A DNA stretch of 52,510 nt, filler included, from Basidioascus undulatus (Eukaryota): assembly GCA_000826855.1 (NCBI GenBank). It is 4 parts of 4 records of this genome, joined end to end, with 100 filler letters (N's around TTAATTAATTAA, not from the genome) between each part and the next. Parts side by side here need not be neighbours in the genome. Positions count along the whole stretch, not along the records: positions 26,340 to 39,397 come from JTLS01000849.1; positions 39,498 to 52,510 come from JTLS01000850.1; 2 more parts are not named here. One strand, 5' to 3'. The notes under the pieces were generated by a model. That model worked only from the letters and a program-made list of their open reading frames with translations, was not told the DNA's origin and did no database searches. The translations under genes were made by a program, and so were the position numbers. This document shows positions 28,799 through 42,016 of this stretch, one piece after another (position 1 is the first letter of the stretch; each line of letters opens with the position of its first letter).

Positions 28799-31700
28799 AT
28801 GACTGTCACGCCTTTGCCGGAGGGACACGACTTGAAGCTCCAGGCCGCTGTGCGTTTCTTTCTCGTTTCTCTTTTTCAACCTCAGAAAACACCTTCGTGG
28901 CCTGTAGTTCATAATGAGACTGTTTCGGTGTGCTGCAGGAAGTGCCTGGGACCGCGAAACCTGGTCAGACGGGGCACTACCGTTCCAGTCCGTCTTCCTC
29001 CCCTTTCCCCTCCCTCCCGATCCCTTCCTCACACCCACCCCCCCTCTTTCTCTCTCCCACAGCCTACTTCCCCTCCCCCCCCACCACGACCCGCACGATC
29101 GACTCGCTCTTCGTCTCGGGGCACGCGCGGAACCCCTCCGCTCCCCTGTTCGGCTATCTCGCGCGCGACGGCGAGACAGGCGCGTACGCGTCCGAGTACA
29201 CCTGGCTGTCGTATGCCGAGGTGGGCGAGCGGCGCTCGGCTGTGGGTGCCGGGCTGGGGCGGCTCGTGGAGGAGGGGGTCCTCGGCGAGGGGGTCGAGCA
29301 GACCGGTTGGGCCGCGGGGATCTGGAGTCGGAACTGTCCGGGTGCGCTCTTCCCCTCCTCTCACACAGGTACGTCAGATGGGCTTAAGGTGAATGCAATT
29401 CTGGAGGACAGAATGGCAGATCGCGGACTTATCCCTGCACGCGTACTCGCGCGTCTCCGTGCCGCTGTACGACACGCTCGGCCCGACGGCCGTCGAGTTC
29501 GTGTGCAACCACGCCGAGCTGCGGGTCGTGTTCGTCGCCCGGCCGCAACTTGCGCGTCTCAAAGAAATCCTCCCACGCTGCCCGAACATTCGGGTCGTGG
29601 TCGTCCTTGACGCGGAGGAGGGCGAGGTGGATGGGATCGAGGTCGAGGGGGTGAGGGTGCTGGGGCTGAGGGAACGTGAGTCTGGGAGGGGAGGAGGAGG
29701 AGCGCGGGGATGAGGAGGAGAAGGAGGAAGAGGCTGATGATGAGGTGGTGAGGGCAGTGGAGAAGATCGGGAGGGAACACCCGAGGGACCATATCCTGCC
29801 TAAGCCGGAGGACATCGCCACCATCTCGTACACCTCGTGAGCGTCCCCTTCCCCTCACTCACTCGTTCCTAGGTCACCCTTTTTGACCGCCCACCGCCCT
29901 TTCACAGCGGCACTACCGGCAGTAAGCTTCCCTCTCCTCCCTCTTCGTCCCCGCCGCGCACGTCACTCACTCACACCCCACGCGAACACCCAGACCCCAA
30001 AGGCGTCGTCCTCACGCACTCAGTAATCGTCCATTCTGCGCTGAGCCACGCGCTCGGCGTGTCCGAGTTCGTGCGACCCGACTCGGTCCTCGCGTCGTAC
30101 CTGCCCCTCGCGCACGTGTACCAGCGCATCGTCGAGCTCGTCGTGTACGCCATCCACCCCCGACCAGAATGACAGAGAGGGGCGGCCGTGGCTGATCGGT
30201 GAGGGGGTGCCCGGATAGCTTGGATGAGGGCGCGTCGATCGGGTACTCCACCGGGGAACTTACGAGGCTCGTGCAAGACCTCCAGACACTCAAGCCGACG
30301 GTCGTACTCGCCGTACCGCGCGTGCTGAACCGGTGCGTATCCGTCTCTGCTTCTTCAACCCAAGCGTGCAGCGTCTGACTGTCTGAATGCTCCTGCCCAG
30401 CATCTATGCGGGCATCAAGGCCCAAGCAGACGCGTACACTCTCAAGGGTGGGTGAGACGTTAAGGCCTCTTCCCCAGGCCCCATCACAGCTAAACCTTGA
30501 GCTGGTTAACGTATGCATCTTGGTGCGCGACAGGCTACCTCCTGAGCTGGGGCATCGCGTCCAAGATCGCCTCTGTGCACAAGACCGGCCACCCGACGCA
30601 CTGGCTCTGGGATCGCCTCGTCTTCAACAAGGTACCCCTCCATTTTGTTTCGCCCTCAATCATCCTTTGCCCACTGGCTGACTGGGCCTGGGGGCGCACA
30701 CACGAAGGTTAAGCAGGTGCTTGGCGGACGGGTCGAGCTGGTCTACTCGGGCTCGGCGCCGATTAGGCCGGACGTGCTCGACTTTGTCAAGGTCTGCTTT
30801 GCGTGCCAGGTGCTGGAGGGTGAGTGGGCTGCGCATGTTGAATCTGTTTTTTCGCCGCGAGCCGAACTGACAACGATGTCTACGAGGCAGGATGGGGCAT
30901 GACTGAAACTGTTGGTGTGCGTTCGCTCTCTTCAAGATTGTGCTCGAGTCCCGAGGCTGACTGCGATTATGATGGGTAAACGAAATGGACATGCAGTCGG
31001 CGACTAAGGGCATCCCCTACGACCCGACCGTCTCCGGCACTGTCGGGCCGCCCGCCGCCACGTTCGAAGTCAAGCTCATCGACGTGCCTGAGCTCGTGCG
31101 TATCTTTCTATTCTTTGCATCACCTTGCGAGCTTGCTGTTCCGTGCTTATGATGGTGTTCGGGCTCACAGTCATACCTCTCCACTGACAAGCCCCACCCG
31201 CGCGGCGAGCTGTGTATTCGGGGCCCGGCTGTTTGTGAGTTTCACCTTCTTCTCAGTCACAAGGACGCCACTGATTCGCTTCTTCAACAGTCACCGGCTA
31301 TCACAAGGACCCCGAGAAGACGAAGGAGGCAATCAACGAGGACGGGTGGTTCAGGACTGGTGCATGATGCCCATTGGCTGCGTATAAGCAGGGCGTCTAA
31401 CTAACTGTTGCACAATCCAGGCGACGTCGCTGCGATCGATGAGGTCGGCCGTGTCAAGATCATTGACCGCGTCAAGTCGTTCGCGAAGCTCGCCCAAGGT
31501 GCTTAACTCATGCTCCTCTCCAGCATACCTCATCTGATGGGCATCTCCCCACCCCCGACAGGCGAGTACGTCGGCCTCGAGAAAGTCGAGAACGCGCACA
31601 GCCTGTGCCCCATTGTCGCCCAGCTCTAGTACGTCCTCTCACCGTCCCTCCCTCTTCCCCCCGCGCACCGAACTGAGCGTGCCAACCTTCTTTCCCTTAG

Positions 31701-32192
31701 CGTGCACGCGGACAGCCTCCGCTCGCACCTCGTTGGCGTGCTCGTTCCCGAGCCGGCGAAGCTCGCCGTGCTCGCGGGCGTCGACGCGGCTGACCAGGCC
31801 GCGCTGGAGGCTGCGACGCGGGACAAGCGCGTGAAGGAGCTCGTGCTCAAGGAGCTGGACAAGGCGGCGAGTGGGGCGGGTTTGAAAGGGTGCATGCGGT
31901 TGCTGCGTGTCGGCGACGGGCTATGCTAATGGTGCCGGAGGCGCGTGCGGTGCAGGTTCGAGAAGGTCAAGCAGATCCATATCACGCTCGAGCCGTTCTC
32001 TATAGAGAACGGGCTGCTCACCCCCACGCTCAAGGTCAAGCGGTGCGCCTATCTCCCCCCTTCTCCAGACGGTTAGGGATTCGATGCTGACCTGCTGCTC
32101 ACTACAGGAACGAGGCGAAGAAGGTGTTTGAGAAGCAGCTGAATGTGCTGTATGAGGAGTGGGATGCTCAGGAGAAGGCGCGGGGGAATTAG
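28799..32192 (+). CDS. Long-chain fatty acid-CoA ligase (ACSL/FAA family), many introns
   Basis: [82 protein letters not shown]. Confidence 0.93.
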
Positions 32193-32646
32193 GGTGGACG
32201 AGGGGTGTACGGCCTTGTGGACTGACTCACTTGCTTCCATTCATTGGGTACTTCAGTCGATTCACGAACTACGCAGATTGGGTGGCGCCGGGATCTGTGG
32301 AAGTGCGGCTGAAAGCTTCTGGCTGGATGAAAGCGGCGCGATGAGCAGCTGCGGCAACACTGTTGCGGGTTCTGTTGAGGTATAAAGCATACAAACCCAT
32401 AATTATCTTGCAAACCAGGCGAGACGCTTTTCTTGCAGGCTAAGCACCTGACATGAGGAGAGGATGCGGGCGCGTGCGAGCGCACAACGCGTGTACGATT
32501 TTGTAGGCTATTACAGATACATGCGGCAGGCAGCAGCGTCTAAGACAAACAAGACAAACAAGCAAACGAAGAAAAAAAGCGGGAAGTCACGGATCCGAGC
32601 GCGTCGCGTGGTCGTCGGCAAAACAAGTGTCCCCAGAACGAATCAC

Positions 32647-35098
32647 CTACCACCTGCTCGGGTACCCGCTCTTTTCGGGCGAGGGCGGCGCCTGCGCGCT
32701 CCCGCTGCCCTCGTAAGGCGGCGGGTCGCTGACAGCCTGCTGACCAAACGCTCTCGGCCCGCGCGGCCGGCCGGTAGTGGGGCTTGTGGGCGTGTAGGTC
32801 GACGGCTGCGGCCCGGCCATGCCCCCCGCTGCTGCGGGCGTGTACGGGTCGTTTTCTGGGGAGGGGAACGGCAAGGGTCGCCCGTCGATGGGGGACGCGA
32901 CCATCGGCGCGCCCCACCCCCCCGCTGGGCCACCGGCGTTGGACGGTTGTCGCGCGGGCGGGGCGGGCGTTTGGGAGGTGGGAGGAGGGGACGAGGAGGT
33001 GGCGTGGTAGGCTGCTAGTGCGCCGGCAGCCGCCATTTGCGCAGCGTTGTTGCTCGCTTCGGGGGTGTGAACTGTGAAGCGTGAAGACACAAGTCAGCTG
33101 CGAGTTCAGTTCGTCGTTTGGAAGCGGATGATAAACGCACAGGCCTCACGCCCACCTGCGCTAGTCCACGCGCTCCCTTCCCTTCCGTACCCGCCCGCGG
33201 TGTTCGACCGCGAAGGCTGCCGCACCGGCGCGTACCCATGGGCCTCGGACCCCTGCCTTCCATACGGCTGCTGCGAGACCTCCGACCCGGCGCGGCTGGG
33301 CTGCCGCTTGGGCGCTAAGTACCCGCCTGCCGCCGCGCCGCCGGCAGCAGCCGCAGCAGCAGGCATCGGCGCGCCGTAAGCGTACGGGTTGGGTGTCGGG
33401 CCCGGCGCATACGGATTCGGCGTCGTCGCTGGGGCGGTGTGGTACGAGCCGGGCGTCTCGGCTGCGCCGACGCCGGCGTACGGCTGCGCGTAGGGGTCAT
33501 GGTAGTCGCCCGTGCGAGACGGGTCGCGGTAGGCGTTGTACGCTCCCGCCGCTGCAGCAGCCGCGCCAACGCCAGCGGCGCCCGCGTATGCAGCACCGGG
33601 GCGCCGCGGCCCATAGCCCGCGCCGACGCCCGGGATGGCATGCTCGTCCCGGTACGGCTGGTACGGCTGGTACGTCTCGTCCTCGTCGTCGTAGTCCCTG
33701 TTGGACGTGAGCGGCTCGTGCGAGTCGTGGGACGCGAACGCGGGCAGGCCGCCCTCGCGCGCCTGCGACGCCTTGCGCCGCTCCTCCATCCGGATCGCGT
33801 CCTCCCGCATCGTCGCTGCGTACTCCGCGTCCGGCGCGAGCTTCTCGTTCGCCAGCTTCTCTTTGCGCCGACGCTGCCGGCCCGTGCAGCATGTGCCGCA
33901 GCCGAAGAAACAACCGGAGAAGAAGAGCTGTGTGTGGACGGAGAATGAGCGGGGATTGGGTAGGAGAGGAGGGGACGGGAAGACGGACCAGGAGCCAGGC
34001 GGCCAGGGTCAGCCAAACGCCCACGCCGAGAGACGCGGACGCGCCGTCGACGCCGTTGATGCGCGAACGAGCGACGAGCGTCAAGGCGAGATCAAAGGCA
34101 AACGAGAGGAACGCGAGGCTGTTTGACAAGTCACATGAGCAGCAGAAGTGTGGGATCGTCGGAGAAGCGAGAGGGCGCACAAAGCGGCGATGCCGGAGAA
34201 GACGGTCGATAGGCATGTCCTAAAGAAAGGCTGAGTGTCAGACATCTGTTCCAAGTAGCGCAAAGAAGAAAGAGAAATCATGCACATCGAAAACTCCCGG
34301 ATGTGAGCGAGGATGCCGAATAGCAATGCGATGATTGCGAAGCCCAGCGCACTGGAAAAGGAGGCTGTGTGAGCGCAAATTCCTGCAAGTTGACTGCACG
34401 AAGTGCCGCACACGATGTGGAGGACTAGGACCTATTGAGGTGTGGTTGCTCAGCACTTGCGGTGGTGTACAATCAGATGGAAGTTGGACGTACATAGGTG
34501 AGCCATTTAATCACAGTGTTCGGGATCTGGCTGAGCACGTTGCCGACCTCGGGGATGTTCTCCAACCCTTGGAAGCCAAGCAAGCTAGTTGCATCTATGG
34601 GAAGAGACGTCAGAGTCCTGTTTACCAGGTATTTCCCCATCACTCTGACAGAAGCCGATGCAGCTCTCTCCTCTCGCACAGCCTGCACCACACCCCTCCC
34701 CGAGCAGCTTGACCGCAGTCACTCACCGATCTCATACCCGACGCTCGGCTTCGTGCACGCCTGGTTGTTGAGAATCTCGGCGCAGTATCCGAGCGTGCCG
34801 AGCTTGATCGTGCCCGTGACGCCGGAGGTTGTGATAGTGGCGGAGAGGAAGTAGATTGACTTGAGGAGGGGGACGTTGAAGGAGACGAGGGCAAGGAGCA
34901 CGCTGTGATCCCGAGAAGACAGTGAGCTCTGAGTGCACATGGAAAGTGTGTATGGACAATGCTCACACTGCGCCGAGGGTGACCGCCGTCCCCGGCGTGG
35001 CGGAACGGATTAACCCCCTGTGCGGAGGTGGGAGATCGTGAGCGGCGGGCGGACGGGCGGGTGCAAGCTGCGCTCGGCGGCGGGGACTCGACGCACAT
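32647..35098 (-). CDS. PalI/Rim9 (SUR7 family) membrane protein with a long low-complexity cytosolic tail, spliced
   Basis: MGLIRSATPG..VLLALVSFNVPLLKSIYFL, KLGTLGYC...CTKPSVGY (claudin-like motif), AFAFDLAL, LGVGVWLTLAAW, Pro/Gly/Tyr-rich tail. Confidence 0.85.
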
Positions 35099-35956
35099 GC
35101 GATGCAAGATCAAGTACGTCTATTCGGATGTGTGTTCTGCTTCGCTCCGTATGGTATGTGGTTCGGTGCGGAAGGAGCAGGAGAGCGGCGCGATGCGAGG
35201 TCCGACTGAGGGAGCGGCAGGGGGTTCGGTCAGACGACGATCTACGCTCGCTTGGCGGGGCAAGTAGGGTCCGGCGCCGCCGCTTGCGTCGGATAGTTGA
35301 CTAGGAGTGTATGCGCAGCGCTCAGCGCAGGGATGGAAAATACGGGAGTAGTAGTGGTGCGCGGGTGGGATCCGGTGGGAGGAAGCCTCTGAGGAAGATG
35401 AGGGTTCGGGTTGAGAGAGGGAGAAGAAGGTGAAGCACAGCATCTGAGGCGGCGCCGCACCCTTGGCCGCGACGCGATACCCTGAGCTGCCTGGGCACTG
35501 TTTGAACAACTCGCTCGCCGTCATCCACCGCAGTAGGTTCGTGTCTCTACCGAATGTTCTGCTTCTGAACGTGTGGATCAATTGCCGTCATGTTCACCTT
35601 CCTGCTCTGGAGCGATATGGACTTGAAAGAAAACGGTACATACGACGCAGGACTGAATGAAACTGCCCGCTATAGGGGTGTTTCAACCGCGCTTCCGTGT
35701 TTAGTTTGGCTGCTTCATAATCCTTCCTTGCTTCATATACTCATCACACTGTTAATTAAAATGTACAAAAAAGCCTTGCGACAGTCTATTGCACTCAGGC
35801 TGTCGGATCTGCAGGCGTGGAAGTCGTGCTTGTTTGGCGGCACTGTAACGGCCAATTGCATCCGAGGCGGCGCAAGTTCTGACTTCTGTGCTTCTCGCCT
35901 TCCGTACCAGTCTTCGGCACTCCCCTCATCAACTACCCCAATTCATCCTACAAAAC

Positions 35957-36913
35957 ATGCCCCACAAACGCGCCAAACGCTCCGTCCGCGAAGCCGACAA
36001 GCAAGCGAAGTACGTCTGGCCGCCACGACTTCTCGTTCCAGCCTGAGGAAACTGATAGCTGACGCTCTGACGCAGGGGCCGCGACCTCGTCCCCACGGGC
36101 TCGAAGATCGAGCAGGAGGACATGCCCAAGGGTGCGATGCGCATCTTGATGGCTGGGAAGATGCAGGAGGCGTATCGCAAGCGGAAGCGCGAGGGGGGGG
36201 AGGAGGAGGAGGGCACGGCGGGCAAGGGCAAGGTCAAGAGCAAGGGCAAGGCCGCGGTGCGTCTTCTTTCTGCTGAGGGAATCTAGGGTGGACTGGGACA
36301 AAGCTCATTTGTGGGTGGATGGGGAGAACAGGACCTCGCGCTCATGCCCGGGGAGCGGCTGAAAGACTTCAACAAGTGGGTTCTTGCGCCAGCCTTGGCA
36401 CCAGGACGATAGCTCATCCGGAATCTCGCCAACAGACGTGTCGACCAAACACTCCGCGCGGGCATTAACGCAGCCATCAGTTCCTCCACCTCAAATCGTG
36501 CCCAGAAGCGCGCACGCAAGGCGGCCAAAGAAACCGGTGTCGAGACCTCCGTCGCTCCCTCAACAGCCCCCCAATCCACTTCGAAATCCTCACAACCCGC
36601 CCAGCCCACCATCACCACCGCCGCCGCCGCTTCCGACGACTATGCGCCCGCGCCCGCAGCCGCCTCCACCAAGCCCAAAAAGCAGCGCGCAACAGACTTC
36701 GCCTCCGCCGAGCGGCTGCGGCTGAACGACATTGCGCAGGCGCCGCCGACGCTGCCGAAGATGCGCGCGGCCGCGAAGGCGAAGAGCGAGTCGGCCGGGA
36801 GGCGCGTCGGGCTGGGGCTCGTGCAGAGCGTGAAGATGGAGGAGGAGCGGGAGAGGGTGATTAAGGCTTATAGGAGTCTGAAGGCGCAGAAGATCGCGGA
36901 GCGGGGCGGGTAG
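35957..36913 (+). CDS. CCDC137-like basic coiled-coil protein, spliced
   Basis: MPHKRAKRSVRE, DMPKGAMRIL, LMPGERLKDFN.RVD, RLNDIAQAPPTL, MEEERERVIKAYRSLK. Confidence 0.72.
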
Positions 36914-37312
36914 GACGGCATGGACTTACGTTGTGCGATAGTGTGTTTGTAGCGTGCGGGTTGCGGTGAGAATTTTCTGAATAGCCTCAGAAGGACACGC
37001 GGGCACTACTCCACACTGAGGGTTTGATCCGTTTCCGCATCCAATCTATGCTACCAAAGAGCGGCCAATTCCATGTCCCCCGAGCTCGACGGCCACGCCT
37101 TGAATCCGTACGCGACACTACCCACCCAACGCATCAGTTCCGCGCCCTAATCTACTCCACACCTGACTCACCAACCATTGTACACCCTCGCCCTCGACTG
37201 TCCGACCTCCCCTCCCCACTCTCCTTGCAGGCCCATCTCCTCCGGCCCCATCGGCTGGCCCATTCTGTCTCCCCCTCCCCTCCCCATCTCTTCTCACTCC
37301 CCCTCCCCTCCC

Positions 37313-38907
37313 TCACTCCTCCCCAGAAACCCACATCTCGCACACCCCCTCCAACACGTCCCGCACCGTAACGCCCCCTCCATTCTCCCTGCATACTGCA
37401 AACCGATGCGTCCGATCATAAAAGACCACTTGCACGCTCTCCCTCGGCGGGGTCGTCGCGAGCGCCGCGAACAGCCGCGGGTGCTGCGCGACGTGCGCGC
37501 GCGAGGCGTCCCGCTTTCGGAGGTCCACTTCAAGGGAAGCGAGCGGGAGGAGGGTGGAGGCGAGGGAGGAGGCGGTCTGGCCCAGCTGGTGGGAGAGGAC
37601 TTCGTTGGAGAGGAGGGGGGGGAGGGCGACGAGCGCGTGAGGGGCTGGGGAGGACGAGGAGGGGAGGATGTGGATGAGGGACTGGTCGACGATCGAGTGG
37701 ATGTGGATCGATCCGTCCGAGAGGAGCGCGAACGTGTTGGAGCCCGAGAGGACGAGGGACCTGACTGCGCCTGGCCATTCGAGCGTGCCCCGGACCGGCT
37801 CGCCTTCCGCGGAGATGAAAAAGCCGAGCGTCGCATTAGGTCCCGTGGCGGAGGTGATCAGGAACTCGTCGCCGTCGACCACTGCGACGTGCGCGCGCGG
37901 AGGGGGCGCGTTGGGTTCCGGGGGCGCTTGCGAGATGGGCAGGAGCGGGAACATGCGCACCTCGGCGAGGTCGACGAGGTTGTATGTCTCGCTGTCTGCG
38001 AGGCACAGGGCGGTGCCGCGTCGGCGGGCGAGGAGGGGCGGGGATGGGAGGGGGATTTCCTGTCATCCAAGAAGGTTAATGGGTGGGAAGGGGAGAAGGA
38101 GGAGAGAAACGCACAGAGACAATGGATAAACGCGCCCCCAGCTTGACGATCGCGACGCCCTTCCTGCGCACAATGCACAGCTCGACCTCCCCGCGCTCAT
38201 CGACGCGCACGCTCCCGTCCGTGCGCTGCTCATCGAGGAGGACGCTGACCACCCCTCTCAGCGGCGGGACGGGCACCTGGACGAGCGTGCCGAGAGCGAG
38301 GACGTGGAGGACGCCGTCGGAGGTGAGGGCGAGGAGGCGCTGGATGGGCGGGAGCGGGACGAGGGACACGACGCGGTGGGGCGGGGAGAGCATGCGAGAG
38401 GCGGAGAGGGTCGGGGTGGGGCTGGAGGAGAGGGAGAGATGGAGGACGTGCGAGGTGGGGGTGCCGAGGTACAGGGAGGGGCCTGGGGGGGTGGGCTGTG
38501 AGTGGAGTTGGGGAATGGGGATTGAGATTGCGCACCATCTGAGGCTGCTGCTGCTATGAGTCCCTGGGAGGATAGACTCGGCGCTGGGGATGGGGGCGCA
38601 GAAGGCCGGGGAGAAGACTGGGTCGACGGGGAGGGCTGCCTGGAGGGCGAGCCAGATACGAGCTGGGAGAGCAGGCCCTGGAAGGGCGCGGGGGTGGGGT
38701 GGCCTACAGGTATCCCAGCGCTTATATCAGTCTGCTCCATATCGTAAATCAGAAGAAATGAAAGAACGCACCCGATGTACTGCCATTCGTGATCCCATTC
38801 GCGGAGTGCGTCTGCGGCACCGCCTGCGCCTGAGCAAGCGCGTCCACCAGCACGCACTCGTCGAGCACCAGCTGCAGCTCGTACGGCGCAAGCTCCATCG
38901 CGGCCAT
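37313..38907 (-). CDS. CNH-domain protein (TGFBRAP1/Vps3/Vps39-like N-terminus), apparently truncated
   Basis: LVPLPPIQRLLALTSDGVLHVL, LCIVRRKGVAIVKLG, YNLVDL, DEFLITS, LGFFISAEGEPVRGTLEWP. The 3' boundary is uncertain. Confidence 0.65.
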
Positions 38908-39145
38908 GCGCGGCGTAGAATGTCGAGTCTACGGAAGAGAGGTGAACGGTGGACGCAGAGACGCGAGCTTTGAACAAGCGCGTGATTGCGCCAAGTGAAT
39001 GATATCCAAGTTATTAGTGTTTCAATAGTAATTTGGGGTTGCATTTTGAACAATAGTAGCAATGACCGGGCCGAAGTCGCCGTCGCGTTGGCTGGGTCTT
39101 CTCGCTGCCCTCACCCTCGCTTTATCGTGCTCGCTGTTTGAAACG

Positions 39146-39397
39146 ATGGCGTCGCTATTAGCAGCGTTGATAGCGTCATTGATAGCGCTGCTCAGTATCG
39201 CATGCGCCGACCCGCCCTCAACAGCGACATCCCCACCCGTGCGTGTGTCGCTCCAGTCCTCGTGGGACTCGCCGCCGTTCCTCCTCCTTGCGCTGTCAGT
39301 CCATCTCTCCCATAAACCACCATCATCTCAGAATCTTACACTCAATTTATTACAAAGTGAATCTCTCCATCCTACCCTCCCCACCGCATCAGCCGAC
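39146..39397 (+). CDS. Probable UDP-glucose:glycoprotein glucosyltransferase (UGGT/Kre5) first exon, cut by the contig edge
   Basis: Signal peptide followed by SPPVRVSLQSSWDSPPFLL, resembling the fungal UGGT N-terminus. Confidence 0.55.
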
Positions 39398-39497
39398 NNN
39401 NNNNNNNNNNNNNNNNNNNNNNNNNNNNNNNNNNNNNNNNNTTAATTAATTAANNNNNNNNNNNNNNNNNNNNNNNNNNNNNNNNNNNNNNNNNNNN
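39398..39497. other. Artificial contig linker
   Basis: 100 nt of N with a central TTAATTAATTAA. Confidence 0.98.
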
Positions 39498-40660
39498 GGG
39501 TGTGAGGGACGGACATGAGCGGCGGCTCTTCGGCGGGCGCAGGGGGGGCGGTGGTGGGCTTCTTGGGCGAGGCGTAGTTGATCCTACACCGGCACTCTCA
39601 AGTCAGCACCTCAACTTCGAACAAGGTGAAAGAAGGAAGGGAGGAATGAAGAAGGGGCGGAACGCACGCCTTAGTCGGCGTCTTGGGACTCTCCAAATCG
39701 AGGTGCAACGCGTTAGCGGCGGACTTGGGCGTGGCGGGTGCGGCGGTGGCACCCGGGAGGGGCGAGCGCGGGGCTGAGTTGGCGGTGCGGATCGACCCGC
39801 CGGCAGTGATGGCGGAGTCGGGCGTGGGAGGCTGCGCGGCGGCTTCGGCGTAGGTGGAGGGGGGGATGAGGGAGGAGGCGTCGATGGGCTGGTTGGGGCG
39901 TAGCGGGGCGGAGTGAGCAGGATGGACGGAAAGAAGGAGAAAGAATGGAGACGGCAGATGGGAGGAGGGGAAAGAGGGGAAAGAGGGAAGGAAAGAAGCA
40001 ACGCACCGCCTTCGCCCTACCCTCGGGCACGATCTCCCATTCCTCATGCACCTCCACAACCTCGACAACCTCAAACTCCCGTCCCTCCTTCTTCCCGGCC
40101 CTCAATATCCTCCAAGCGCCCAACCAAAGCAGCGGCAGCCCTGCCAGAATCGCCGCCCATCGCCCGGCATCGCGCGCGTCCGCGCGCTCGAGCAGATCCA
40201 GCGTGGGCGCGACGCGCTCGTGCACGCGCGTCGGGAGATGCGCGTGCGCTGCCGCGAGGAGACGGTACTTCGCCCAGCGGCCGAAGTGGTGTGCGGCCTT
40301 GGCGAGGTGCGCAGGGAGCGACGGCTCCTCGCGCGGGGAGTCGAGGAAGCGGGCCTTCCATTCCCCGAACGATCCGGCGCCGTGCTTCTTCTCGTCGAAC
40401 GGCGCATGCGGGTGCGAGGGGGCGAGCGCCGTCTCCCCGTGCAAGTCCGAGTCGCCCAGGATGTCCCAGTCGTGCCCCACGCCCGCCTCGATGCCGTGCC
40501 TGTGGGTGGGCGGGGCGAGCCCGCCCGGGCCGGAGCGCCACGAGCGCCCGGTGAGGCCTTTGTTGTAGGAGAAAGAGTTCGGGCCGTAGAGGAGCGGGAT
40601 GGAGCCGAAGCCGAGGAGGAGCCCGACGAGCGCGGAGATGAGCTGGATGCCGATCAGCAT
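39498..40660 (-). CDS. Hypothetical membrane protein, spliced, 3' end cut by the contig edge
   Basis: ATG immediately after a 5'UTR intron acceptor, hydrophobic N-terminus, second TM segment WAAILAGLPLLWLGAW, host-like codon bias and GT-AG introns. Confidence 0.6.
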
Positions 40661-41713
40661 CTGCGGGAGGGGGGGGGAGGGTGGTCAGATGGAGTGCGGG
40701 AGGAGCTGGATCAGACGGGGCTGTTGTCCTCTGGTGTCTCCCATACACGGATCAAATGTGGAGAGATACTCACCGTGAATTATCGTCGTCTCAACAACAA
40801 ACGACCAATGCGGGTATCAGAACCGAGCGCGAAAATCGGATTGGGAGCGCTAGCGTAGCGTGGGATCGAGAATAGGGTGCGCCGTCAAAAACAAGACGCT
40901 CGGGGTCGTAAGCAAGGTCGTAAATATTAGATGGGATGAGTAGCGGTTGACGGTGAGGGAGAGGACGAAGGCAAGAGGGTCCGCGATGGGTGCCGGCAAA
41001 CAGGAGGCACAAAGTTGAGCGGAGGGGACCGTGCGTTGCGTCATCTGTCAGTCAGTGAGCGAGGACAGCGCTGTGGGGCAAGGTAGCGCAAGGGTAGCGC
41101 AAGGTGGTAGAGATTGGAGTGAGAAATGGAGAACAGTGACTGCTATTCTGAGGAAAACGGCTCTTTGGGGATACGACAGACGGACGAAGGCAAGGATGGG
41201 ATGCTGCAGTGACAGTCGGCCGTTGCTCGCTCACCTCGTCATCACCCTCACAACGCACACGGCGCTGCAGATGAGACCATTCAAGATAAAAGGAACCCCA
41301 GAGTCCTATCTCTTTATCAAAAACTCTGGACTCACACAATCAAGCGCGGTGAACATGCAAAAACGGCACCATCGGGCTTCTTTCCCCGGGCCCTCGCCAG
41401 GTTTCCTTTCCGACCTGCTTGCGGCCGCTCATCACCAAGGGTTTTCATCGCATCTTCTGAGCGTCCAACACAACGCCTTATATTAAATTGTCCGAGCGTG
41501 CACCTACTGAACGGCCGAAGCGAAGCGACGCGAAGCCCGATGCCTGGCCTGCTGAAATGGATGACTGCGCCGCCCCACGCTCGCTGCCTCTCAAGAGGAC
41601 ATCGCCTTCGCTCTTCTTTCTCCTCTATTCCATCACCTAAACTACCCGGCAGAATCAACCTATACCCCTTCCCACTCCCCCAAAGCCAACTTCCACCCAC
41701 CCACAAATCAACC

Positions 41714-42016
41714 ATGTCCCTCCTCCCCCTCCGCCGCGCTCTCACCCCCACCCTCGCGCCCTCGCGAGCCCTACACAACACCTCCCTCCTCCGCTCCACA
41801 GTCGGATACGGCGGGAACGAGCCCTCCGACTCCCCTCCTCCGCCGCACAAGTCGTCCGTCGCGGGCGATCCACCGAAAGGGGAGAAGTCGAAGAAGAAGG
41901 CGGAGGGGCCGGGGGAGAAGAAGGAGGGCCGGGAGAACCCGCCGGAAAGGAGGAGCAATGGGGATGAGAGGGAGCGGGGTGATGTGCCGGGGGGGAGCGC
42001 GAAGGGATACCAATAG
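41714..42016 (+). CDS. Small hydrophilic protein with a mitochondrial-presequence-like N-terminus (100 aa)
   Basis: accATG context; MSLLPLRRALTPTLAPSRALHNTSLLR followed by a charged G/E/K-rich region. Confidence 0.6.
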   Translation: MSLLPLRRALTPTLAPSRALHNTSLLRSTVGYGGNEPSDSPPPPHKSSVAGDPPKGEKSKKKAEGPGEKKEGRENPPERRSNGDERERGDVPGGSAKGYQ

